Positions 48,367 to 64,000 of a DNA stretch of 64,000 bases are shown here, piece after piece. Numbering within the stretch: the stretch's first letter is position 1; the number at the start of each line of letters is the position of its first letter. The stretch comes from Klebsormidium nitens (taxonomy: Eukaryota; Plantae; Klebsormidiophyceae): positions 1-64,000 of the forward strand of contig DF237089.1 in NCBI GenBank assembly GCA_000708835.1, given 5' to 3'. Made by a program: the position numbers and the translations under genes. The notes below the pieces were generated by a model. That model ran no database searches and had not been told where the DNA came from. It saw nothing but the letters and a program-made list of their open reading frames with translations.

Positions 48367-51300
48367 ATGGCGGGGGCCGTGTGCAAGTGTGCAAGCATTC
48401 CAAGTTTTTCTTGTGCGCCCTCGTTGGCACCTCTAGATACGTTGAGTCCTCAAAGCCCTTCCTCTTCTTTCTTAAGCGCGACCAGGCGCAGAGGATCAAG
48501 GGTCACACAGAAAGAGCGCCGCTCACAGGTACTTTGTAATGCTGAATGTGAGGAGCAGGCAGGGGTGAGCAGAGATTGTGTAACCAATCAGAACCTTTTG
48601 CCGCGGCGACATGCATTGGCTGCTCTCTCTGCGACCGCCGTCGCAGCAACCTTGCAAAACAGAGCTGAAGCTGTACAGGGCATGGTCGCTGGGCGGCTAC
48701 CAGGACTTGGGCCCGAGGATGCAGACGGTGCGAATCCGAGGTGGCCCTAAAGCACTCCGATTGGGAGTAAATTTTGCGAGATCTATCTGGCCCTTCCAAT
48801 GTTCCTGTTAATGCTGTAGCAAACAACTTTTGTCTGCAAATAAAACTCCAGATTGAGTGGCATGACTCAAAGATCGTCAATGGAATGTTCCTTGAAGGGT
48901 GTGACTGTTGGCTTGCGTTGTGGGGCATCCTGGCAAAACTTTCTCTCATCCTCTTTTCTCCTTCATTGCGAATTGGAGGTGGGGCACCATACTTGGGTTA
49001 CGTGTTCAATTCTGCATCAATAGGATTCCTCTAAAAGGTCTCATGAACTTCCTGATTTATGGTAGTGGAAGCCAAGCGTTTATCCTTATTTGCTTTTGCA
49101 CTTTGAGGTTGGTGTGGGCAATCTCATTACTGGAGATGGTGACCGTATTCATGCATGAAGGTGCTTCCACCTGAAGATAGGATCCCAAACTTTTTGCCAG
49201 TCTCTGCGTGTCTGCGTGCTGTCGGGTTACTGACGACACTTTTGCCTTCCAATGTGACTTTTCCATGTGAATGGGGACCATGCACACCGTGTTGGCACTT
49301 GCCGAGGTCTGACTACTTGGCCCGCTTGCCCCGTCTGATGACTTGATGCTGTACAGGATTCCGCAAGTACACCCGCCCTGAGGGGAAGTCTGGAGGCCAT
49401 GGGGTGGGCTGGACAGAGGTAGTTCATCAGTCCTGGCCCCCTATGTTGTCTGCCCCAACGCACTCTTCTCTGCAAAAGCTTGGGCTTGCTGATCCTTGTG
49501 AAGCTCGTCGCACTCTATTCGAGTGAACGCACTCGCTTTCAGACAATCTTTTTGGAAGATTCTTCAAAAACGAAGATAGGCTTTGAAAATCAGTTTGTCT
49601 TTAGTGCCACAAATCTTGCTTTTACCTGGAGCTGTCGAGACATTTGACAATTGCCAGGGACATCACCCAACATCACAGGGACATGGCAGGCAAGATATTG
49701 TTGTGACGGTGTCTGATCTCCTTGTTTTCTGATGCAGTTTGACCCCTACTCCTTTAGGATACCTGAAGGCTGGGAAGAGGTAGGTCCCAGGCAAACGGCT
49801 TTGTTTATCTCATTGTGTAGGTCTAAGAAAGTCTACTGCAATAAAACTGATTAGTAGGACCCGCCGATTGTAACAGCCTCGGTGAGTTTGACAGTTAATC
49901 TTCAGCAGTCGTCATGATATCTTCGAGGTGGTGCTCGGACAATGGAGCACGTTTTAGATGTCCACTCACCTACGAAGTCCAAATCAGTGCAGATATCCTG
50001 TAAGCTGGGCGATGGGCTTCGTTGAGGCCGCAACTTCAATCAATGGGGTCCAACTTGTGTTTCTCCTGCAGGTCCCCGTGTCAATTGCTGATCTAGGGGG
50101 AACCGAGATTGACCTGCGGTTCTCCAATCCGGCTCAAGGAAACATCAGCGTTGTTGTAGCCCCAGTTCTCCGCTTTGCGGACTGTGAGTCTGGCGCTCGG
50201 CCTTTTCGAACTTCCGAACCTGATAAATTGCTGGCGAAATCACCAAACAAGTCATGAGGACGTCCTTGATGCATGTGCGCTTTACTTCCAAAGATGCTGC
50301 TTGAAGCTCGAAAGCCATTTTCTCAGTAGAGGAGGAGAGTGGTGTTCTTTGACCCTCAGAATGTGCTTCAATGTATCTAAACAATTTCCACAGGCGCCTT
50401 GTGCCTGTATCGCTCGCAAGCGAATTATGCCTGTCTGATTCGTTTCACCAAAGCGGTCGAGAAGATGAGGCCCAACTGCTCACTTGTATGCAGTGGGCGA
50501 AAATCCCACCATCGACATGATTGGCAGTCCTGACAAGGTCATCAACGCGTTCGGACCTGAGGCAAGTTGTTCACGTCTTGTCGAGTCTCTCAGTCCCATT
50601 TTACTTTGATCAAAATACAGATTGTCTGGTATATGTTGCTAGTTTCCATAACCCAAACTCCTTACGATCGTCGAAAGGAGGACCCTCGTCACGTGACCCT
50701 CGTTTTCGACCTCTTTCGTGATGTTGAACAATAGTTGTCGGGAAAGGTGGTTAGAGTCAACGACTGAACGATAAGCTTAGGTTCGGCAGTTACGAAGAGA
50801 GCAGCCAATGAAGTTGACGGCAACGGCAGGCTGCTCCGTCCAACTTGGTGTTGATTTGAAGGGCCACTCGCCGAGCAGGTGATTGGGCAAGTGGTGGACG
50901 ACAAAGTCGTGTACGCGCGGTCGGAGACAAAGGAGGACCGCAGGCTGTACTACCAGTTCGAGCTCAACGGCCCCCATGTGAGGACCAGCATGCCGCACAG
51001 AGGTCGTCGTAGGAGTCGAGTCTTTTGAATGATTACCAACCTTTGTTGTGCACCTGTTTGAAGTCTTGTACATCTTTTGGCCTGCTGTGAATCTTTGATC
51101 TTGTCTTGCTTGCCCTTATTTTGCAAGTATGGTTCCATTTCCAATCTCCAATTGCTCCATCCAGGTCCTCATCACTGCTACAGCTGCCAGCAATCGTCTG
51201 TACCTCTTCAACGTCTCTGCAACAAGTAAGTACGAAATTTGAGTCAGCGTAGCATTGGGATCCCAAGTACACCTGCTACAGAATCCTGATCTGAAACACT

Positions 51301-51507
51301 TGATTGATCTGGGCGAAGTTGCACAAATCTGGCGACTTTGCTGCATTACCCAAGCATGCATAGGATGTTGTCTGCCCGTCGATCGTGAGGCGGTGGTTTT
51401 GATTCCGTTGCCCCCGTGGATGTGCAGCTCGACAATGGAAAAAGTCCGAGGCTACCCTGAGGAAAATAGCGGATTCCTTCCGGGTCGCAAAACGAGCTCC
51501 AAGATAG
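48367..51507 (+). CDS. PPD6: PsbP-domain thylakoid lumen protein, PPD6-like (~294 aa, 8 exons)
   Basis: Exons 48367-48727, 49357-49418, 49738-49779, 50072-50183, 50494-50561 (GC donor), 50879-50977, 51165-51225, 51428-51507. Transit peptide with twin-Arg LPRRHAL and AEA cleavage site. Motifs: VQGMVAGRLPGL, KSGGHGVGW, VPVSIADLGGTEIDLRF, VVVAPVLRFAD, KVINAFGPE, LYYQFEL, NRLYLF. Confidence 0.93.
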
Positions 51508-53069
51508 AGTGCTTGTGTTGCTTCTTGCCAAGGGGAGCGCAATTTTTGACAAACTTGACACCGGACTGAGCGTATTAGAGTTGGTTGAAACATGAAGTGA
51601 TTTTGCACCGCCAATTGGTGCAGGATGAATCAACAAATACCAATTATACGTCCTTTGCGTCAATGTAATGAGCCTTTCAAAGCCCCGACGCACAAAGATC
51701 CGTTATTGAGCATGGCAAAGTACAGAATACTTGAGCTATCAGAAACATAGAAAAGAATGGCGAGATCCTAAGCGCTGCCGTATGTGCCCTTGCAGGCTCA
51801 GAATTAGGTGATGCAATGCATATTGGTACTAGCGCACGCGCGCTGGAGTAGTCCTAGTCATGTGCCATAATGAGTATATGGTATTCTCCGAATCCTATTG
51901 TCAGATGATATTCTAGCTTGAAACGGCGTTATATGCACCTTATTGTCCAAAGAACTTCCGAAAATGATTGTGCAGAATCATTTGGAGTTCTAATTGAACA
52001 ATATGGGGTCCAAACCTTTCGAGAATGAAAGGCATGGATTTATGGTCTTGCCTATGGACTGTATGGACATGCATGTGAGCGCAACTTAATGAAGTTGTGA
52101 TACGAAGTTGCGATCATAATTGACAAAGTGGACAAGTGGTGTCCGACCCATGTCCGACGCTTCGAGAGTTTGCCGAATTTGTTCCGAGGCTGCGTTACAG
52201 CAAATTAAAACCTCGCGCTTACAAACATGCTGACAGAGCGCTAGCACTGCTTTGTATCTTGGATTTTACTACTACTTCGCCGGTACGTACACTACAGAAG
52301 CTCCAGTTGCAAGAATTGTTGCAACAACGATTCAACATGAGAGTTGGATCTGCAGTGCATCTAGAGGCGGCCGCATTCAACGATCGCTGTGGCATGCATG
52401 GCACGAATCGCACGATGGACGGCTCTCAAGCTGTATATCCTACCGTACACATTCAATGGAATTTGGTTCACTAAGTTCAAGGCTGGCGGTCCCAACCTTT
52501 ATCTGAACCTCACGAGAAGGCTCGTAGGCGACTTCAAGCAGAAACGACGAGAAAATCAAGGTCCTCTTCGAGAGGAGCTATGACGGTTAGAAGATTAACG
52601 CATGGACGTGAGAGCTCGCTAGGATATTGCCAAACTTTTTGACTTGATTTAGCACTGCAAGTTCAGCACTGGCCAAGTTGATTGCAAAGTCATTCATTGA
52701 ATGAATGATAGGAAGTGAACTTCTTATACTCAACCTGACTCCTGAGCCGTCCACTGCAACATTTGCTGAACGTTTCATCTGAACCGTCCAATGTGTCCAA
52801 CTGTATTGCTAAAATCTGCTTGTCCAAAAAGTTGCACTGCAGACTGCAGCAGTAGACCTCTACAGTTTCTTCTCCACCTTGAACTTTCAGAGCAAGCGGC
52901 ATAGGGGCGGCATAGGTCTCATTACATATCAATTCAATCTGGCGTAGAGTTGTTAGAAACGCTTCTAAGTTAGCAAAAAACGCATCGTACATTTGGTTTC
53001 ACCAGGTGGCGCGTGTCTTCAACTTTCAGCTCCCATCGTTGCTCCAAGGGAATCCCTCTGTTCGCAGCA

Positions 53070-56000
53070 ATGAGCGCCATGATGGTAAGTGCGCATTAAG
53101 AGAAGGACAATCATTTGCAGACTGTTGTTTTGTAATCAAGCAGTGGTCAAAGTGCATGATGTTTAGTGGAGTCAAGGTGCTCGTCAATCGATTCATGGTT
53201 TTTATCATGTTCTGTTTTCCCTGCTCATTTGGTTGCCTCCTGTTTTGCAGCAACCCCAAATCATCCTCTTGAAAGAGGGGACTGATACTTCGCAAGGCAA
53301 GGCTCAATTGATCAGCAACATCAATGCGTGCGTGGCCGTTGTGGATGCGATCCGTACGACGTTAGGGCCGCGGGGCATGGATAAGTTGGTCCATGATGAC
53401 AAGGGGACCACAACCATCTCCAATGATGGAGCCACAATCATGCGCCTTCTGGAAATCGTTCACCCAGCTGCTAAGACGCTGGTCGATATAGCCAGGTCGC
53501 AAGATTCTGAGGTGCGCTCTGCTCAATCTGCTTAAAGACAGTCTTTTGTTGCTCATTTGTCAGCCAGAATGACATTGAACTCAAGCAACCATTGCACCAC
53601 CGCAAATTTTGCAAGTTCAGTGGCTCAATATGAGATTTTGAGCAAGCGTCCAGAGGCCTCCCTTTGTGTGGATGCTCCACTTGGTGTACTTGTGCGGCAT
53701 CAAGCCATGCCACTACACCACCATCGGAAGACCAAGCTGAATCCAGTTTTGCATTTTATATAGGATCCTTCTGTGAGCAGACACAATCTTGGTAATGATG
53801 CGTCTGCAACTAGCTAAGGAACTTGCCGATGCAAGTTAGAAGTCAAAGTAATACGCAGCTTTCTTTGATCAGCACAGCTAAACAACAAGATCATCGGCGC
53901 GTGGCATACACTTTCACTGTGTTTCCCCTTTGTCATTTTTAATGTGGCGTCTTGCAGGTGGGAGATGGGACTACCACCGTGGTCTTGCTGGCAGGGGAGT
54001 TCTTGCGGGAGGCCAAGCCGTTCATTGAGGACGGGGTGCACCCGCAGCTCATCATCCGCGCCTTCAGGACGGCTGCTCACCTGGTGAGGCGCTAACCATC
54101 TTGACATCTGTGATTGTGGTGGTGAAGCAAGCGGTGTCGTGTACCATCATTTGCCAACAAGCAGATTTCGGCCTTTGATCCTCACGACGGAGCAGGATAT
54201 TGAAGGTAATCTGATCACGTCAAAATCCAAGCTGACAGCATCGCAGGATGTTCCCAGCAGCTTTTGGGCGGTTGGGTGGATGCTGCCACCAAAAGCTCGC
54301 AGCTTTCTGGATGTGACATAGGAAGACTCAGCACCTTACCGGCTGCAAGACCCTTGAAGTCCAATTGCGATGAGAACCTCCAGTTGAGATTGAGTGGTGC
54401 TAAGACGGGGAAATGACAGGAACGGAGGCAGGATTTTGTGGCTCTTGGAGGGACTTTTTCAATTTTCACAAATCCATCTTGGTGTGAGGTGTGTCGCTGA
54501 TGTTTTCCTCTGCGGCAGGCTGTTCTCAAGACAAAAGAGCTGGCCATCAGCATCGAGGGCAAGGACCGCGAGGACAGGAACCAGCTGCTGCAGAAGTGTG
54601 CAGCCACCACGCTGAACTCGAAACTGATAGGGGGGGAGAAGGAGTTCTTCTCAAAGATGGTGGTGGATGCCGTTTCGATGCTAGATGAGGATGTGCGGCT
54701 GAGCATGATTGGGGTCAAGAAGGTGAGCGGTTGCTCACAAGTGGGATGGTGCGCACACGTGAAAGGACGACCAGGACTGGCCGTTGAGATGCAGAGTATG
54801 CGTTCAACGAGCCAACCATGTGAAAACAGTTGCTTGCCAATCATTCCCCCCTTTCAGAGGCTCTGGTACAACAGGAGGTATGTCAAGCATAAAGTCCTTT
54901 TCTGCGGGATAGATTCGCCTGGGTCCGGCTCTCAATGATGATTTGGACGGCGGAGTCGTCGCTTATGCATAGGATGAGATGACACTCGTCCACTAACCTT
55001 GTTTGACGGTGTTGTCTCAGGTGCAAGGGGGCACCATGCGCGACTCGTTCCTGGTGCAGGGGGTGGCGTTCAAGAAGACCTTCTCATACGCAGGCTTTGA
55101 GCAGCAGCCCAAAAACTTTGAGGATGCCAAGATTCTGCTTTTGAACCTGGAGCTAGAGCTCAAGTCGGAAAAGGAGAATGCGGAAGTCAGGTAATTCTCG
55201 CACCCGCTGCAGACAAAGCTTCTGCAGTGGACTCAAACCGTCCTGGCCTGCCTGTATCTTTGCGAACTCCTTTGATTGATCTGGCTTCAAGCGTACACTT
55301 TTAGAATCGGAAGTCGTTTTTTACCCCATGCTTCCCCCATCAACTGCGGTGGTAGGTTCGGGGATTGAATTGCTTGGAGTGTAGACTTGCTTCAACTGAT
55401 TTGGCTTGGGCCGTGTTTGCAGGTTAACTGACCCCGCTCAATACCAGTCCATAGTGGATGCGGAGTGGAACATCATTTATGACAAGCTGGATAAGTGCGT
55501 CAAAAGTGGGGCCAAAGTCGTCCTGTCTCGTCTGGCCATCGGAGACCTGGCAACACAGGTGGGGCACCTGTCTTCTTACGAACGCTTTTGATGAGTGGAC
55601 GCTTCCTGTTGGGATTGTATTCTGTCATCTCTGCAGGCTTGTTGTCGTCGATAAACTTTGCGCTTGGATTCTGAATCATCAAAATTGGAAGAATCCGTTA
55701 GAAAGTGGCGAATCGGGAGTCCCTATCCTTCAGTCGTTCGTAGTAGATAGCCGCAGGTAGTAGGCAGTAGGCGTCAGCAAAAGGGGTGGCCCAAGGACTT
55801 GAGTACAGGGCAGCTGTCCTTTGATTTGTTTGTCCAAAGAGACTGCAGCTTGACAAACTCCGAAACACAACTTCTTCGGATGAGTTCAGGTCGTCCTGAG
55901 TTTGAGCTGCACTCTTATCAAGCGACTATGGTTCCTGACGGGCAGACGGTAGAACCTCATTTGCGAGATTTGAAGACAGATTGAGACAACCGTCATGGGT

Positions 56001-58050
56001 GATGCGCACTGATTAGCTCAGTGCAAGAGAAGCAGTTTGGACGAGATCGTTGACTCTGTTCCGGCTGTGTGCAGTACTTTGCGGACCGGGATATCTTCTG
56101 CGCGGGCCGCGTGGCGGAGGACGACCTGCAGCGGGTGGCGAGCGCGACGGGCGCGCAGGTGCAGACGACGGTGAACAACCTGGTGCCGGAAGTGCTCGGC
56201 TTCTGCCAGCACTTCGAGGAGCGCCAGGTCGGCAGCGAGCGCTTCAACATCTTCACCGGCTGCACGCAGGCAAAGACCGCCACCATCGTGCTCCGGGGAG
56301 GCGCGGAACAGGTGCGTTCACTTGTCGCCACAGCAATGGAACGATTCTGCACTCAGAGCTCCAATTTGTGAAGATTGCTAAGGTTCGTTATCGTCTATAT
56401 TGCTTTCTCCATTTATGCATCGAGATTCATACCGCTTACTCTTGACATGAAAAGAAGGACGACTTGTAAGTACTTCGTGGTTCTGAGTCTTTCACAATAC
56501 AGTCAGCTTCTGTCGACAATCGTTATTCAGTATGGTTTGAAGTGACCCTATGCAGACACGACTGCCTTGCAACCTCCTTTGAGCTGCGAATGGTTGAAGA
56601 ATGTGGCCCGCTTTCAGGATGAGCCCGTAAGACCTCGCAAGATTGCCACCAGCTACGCCCGTCATCAGTTCCCTGGCTGCGCTCTAACATTCAATCCCAT
56701 CATGTGCGTGTGCAGTTCATTGCGGAGGCTGAGCGCAGCCTTCACGATGCAATCATGATTGTGCGGCGCGCAATCAAGAACCAGGCGGTGGTGCCAGGTG
56801 GGGGTGCGATCGACATGGAGGTCAGCCGGCACCTGCGCAACTACGCGCGCGGCATAGCGGGCAAGGCGCAGCTCTTCATCAACGCGTACGCAAAAGCATT
56901 GGAGGTCATTCCGCGCCAGCTGTGCGACAACGCGGGCTTCGATGCGACCGACGTGCTCAACAAGCTCAGGCAGAAACACTCCCTACCCTCAGGTGAGCAG
57001 TGCTGGGACACAATCTCCTAAGAAGCTTTGGAGTATGTGCTCCGAAGCTCCTTACGTTACATTGAAGGGGCCTTCGCTGTGAGATGCTTTATTTGCTTTA
57101 CCATCTGGCAAACTTCAAATTAGGCAGCTGGTTCCCGAGGTCCGGACTCGACCGTCCCTAATCACGACTGCACTGTCCGACGGACGTTCCTTTACTCGGA
57201 AATCTTGACCTTCTTATGTGTTGACATGATGAGCGGCTTATGGGGAGTGGTGCACTGAGGGCTTTGCTCTGCGTGTAGGCGAGGGGGCGCACTACGGGGT
57301 GGACATCGACACGGGCGGGATCACGGACACGTACGAGGCTTTCGTGTGGGAGCCGTCCGTGGTCAAGGTCAACGCGTTCAACGCAGCCACCGAGGCCGCC
57401 TGCCTCGTGCTCAGCGTGGATGAAACCATCAGGAACCCACGGGTAAGCGCAAGAAAGCTGTTGACCAAGGAAGCCGGCAAAAGTGGAAGCTGTAAATTGA
57501 GTTAAGGGCAGGCTACCCATCAGCCAGGTTCCCGGACTCATCAAACTCACATATTAGACTGAATCCACCTTCGTGCAGCGCTATGCGCCTGTGCGGACGC
57601 CTCGGCTCATCGTATTGATTTAGTCCAGAGTTGTGGGTCTCTTTTTTGGCATACCTGCGATTTGGTGGCTGGCCTATCGCCAAAGAGCGTGGAATGCTTC
57701 CTGAGCTTCGCGTTTCTTGCGCTGTTTGCCTTGGATACTGACTCCAATTCCTTTGCTCAAATACGCTGGATTTTGCTGCAATTGAAAAAGCAAGGTGCTT
57801 CGGATTTGGCTGATCGGACATGGAACTTGCAAAGAAGTCGTGCGCATTTCGATGTAGGTGGTCAATGTGACATGCAGAAAGCTGTCTCGACGGAAAGGCC
57901 TCGGGCCGCTACCTTTGCTGATTTGTCCCATCCTTTGTGTCCTTGCAGTCGTCTCAACCTGGCGACGATGGCATGGCAGGAATGCAAATGCCGGGACGAG
58001 GCCGCGGAGGAGGCATGCGTGGACGGGGGAGAGGGATGCGGAGGCGTTAG
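53070..58050 (+). CDS. CCT7: T-complex protein 1 subunit eta (cytosolic chaperonin CCT/TRiC), ~563 aa, 10 exons
   Basis: Exons 53070-53084, 53251-53511, 53958-54083, 54519-54722, 55021-55190, 55423-55558, 56075-56311, 56716-56992, 57279-57442, 57949-58050. Motifs: [68 protein letters not shown], and an RG-rich tail. Confidence 0.98.
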
Positions 58051-58961
58051 GCATGGTCGAAAAATCAGACTGAGTACTGGCTAAAATGGGCGAAGACGAT
58101 CTTCGAAGTATGCCATGATGCAACTAAATCACTTTTGGTGACCAATGTGTCTCACATTTCCTGCTTTCAACATCAAAGCATGTTACTGCTTCCGAAGTTT
58201 ACCAAGATCGACGAACTTGTTTGGTGGCTTGCAAGAATCAACGAGTACGTGTGAATCTTTCCTTTACACAAATGATTGCCGGCGAAAGCTTTCAGGCTGT
58301 AGGCGTACACGACGTCCTCCAGCCTGCGCTTCCTTGAAATTGGGATACTGACTTACTTCTAGCTTAGACCAACACTGCGCTATAATTTCACTTCATTGCA
58401 TCCGACCTCCTCGTGCACGCATATGCATGCTATAGATGTTGCATGCAGCAAATAGTGCAATTGTAATTTGCTGGTTCGTGTCAAGTGCATGGCCGGCGGC
58501 ATGGATTTCAGATATGCACATGCACATGTCGCCCACCACTTTCTTATAGAGAGCTTATACCGTATGATCCCGCGCGCCAGCCAGGTTTCGGGCCGGCTGT
58601 TCGAGCTGCAGCTACACTCTTGATGTGAACTGAAAAAACGCCGGGCCTGTCCCGTCAACTATTGAAGACAGATTTAACATGCTCTTCGGCGTGATGGCCG
58701 CCAGGCAATCAGCTTTCGTGGATGCACAGACCTGGCCTGTGTTTTCAAATTATAAATCCAAGTCAATCGGCAGCTATCTGCAAACGTTCTAGGCTGAGCA
58801 CTGCGCAGTACATACCTTTGCATTGAATGTGATCGAGTAATCACAAGACAATGCCAACTCGTTGCAATCTCCGCCTGTTAAGAGGTTTCAGCAGTCACTA
58901 ATAACAGTTCAAGTTGACCGAGACCTGTCTGCTTGCTGCGTGCTTCATTCTAGCGTGCCGT

Positions 58962-63541
<4,580 letters not shown>

Positions 63542-63811
63542 GAAATTTTGCTACAGGGTTTCTTTCCTTCCAGCCTAGTCAGGGTTTTGCTATTTGGGGT
63601 TTGGAGTTTCCCATGCAGGACTTCCCCTTTACGGCAGCCTTCGGTTGCCTCGTCAGCATCTGCTAGGATTTTGAACTGTGCAGTGTGAGAAGCTAGTGTT
63701 GAATGTTCTCTTGTTGTGGGGAGAGCGTCCCCAGACGGCTGGAAGCAACCCTTTGCTTCAACTGTTGCATCTTCTTGTTTGTGGACTTGCCTTGCACGAA
63801 CAAAAGGAAGG
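63542..63811. promoter_or_regulatory. Compact divergent promoter/5'UTR region between the GH1 gene and the PTS2-protein gene
   Basis: Only 270 bp lie between the opposite-strand ATGs at 63541 and 63812. Confidence 0.45.
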
Positions 63812-63875
63812 ATGGACCGACTTCGCGTGTTGGCCCGGCACCTGCGGCCCGAGGAGTCTGCTGGCGCTGAGCAAA
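63812..63875 (+). CDS. First exon of a probable peroxisomal (PTS2) protein; gene continues beyond the window
   Basis: ATG GAC CGA CTT CGC GTG TTG GCC CGG CAC CTG = MDRLRVLARHLRPEESAGAEQ, followed by a perfect donor A|GTAAGT. RLRVLARHL fits the PTS2 consensus R[LI]x5HL. Confidence 0.7.
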
Positions 63876-64000
63876 GTAAGTGTTCAAAGCCTTTCGCAGC
63901 TTTAGGCTTGATGCCCTTGCCAGAGATGTATGCAGGTCAATTGGGGACTGTTGCAAAATTGGCAGATGCAGCTGAGCAAGGATAGTTCCACACTTTTATT

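Noticed and set aside
52136-52992. ORFs between PPD6 and CCT7 (52136-52474 +, 52992-52690 -, 52778-52587 -)
   Set aside because: AT-rich with no motif and no phase-consistent exon chain. The minus ATG is only ~78 bp from the CCT7 ATG.
57949-58050. RG/RGG-rich C-terminal tail of CCT7
   Set aside because: A known feature of plant CCT-eta subunits, so not novel.

Overview
This is eukaryotic nuclear DNA with GC-rich exons, many spliceosomal introns and one 863-N assembly gap (2255-3117). The gene set (PsbP-domain lumen protein, MLO, nuclear TilS, GH1) suggests a green plant or streptophyte alga, possibly Klebsormidium-like; that host assignment is inference. I built the exon models by hand from GT/GC-AG sites and checked phase continuity. 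Genes in order: (1) secreted PhoD-type phosphatase (-, 9 exons) with a Pro/Thr linker and a 6-Cys tail. (2) A 17-exon + strand model joining an intact ABCG half-transporter in frame to an extra TM helix and a lipoxygenase-like domain (~1325 aa); this is the most unusual feature. (3) TilS (+). (4) A 4-exon, 93-aa secreted-peptide-precursor-like gene (-) that the ORF track misses. (5) MLO (-, 15 exons). (6) PPD6-like (+). (7) CCT7 (+). (8) GH1 beta-glucosidase (-). (9) The first exon of a PTS2-bearing peroxisomal protein (+). I could not support any rRNA, tRNA, CRISPR array or identifiable transposase. No database searches were run, so family calls rest on recognised motifs.
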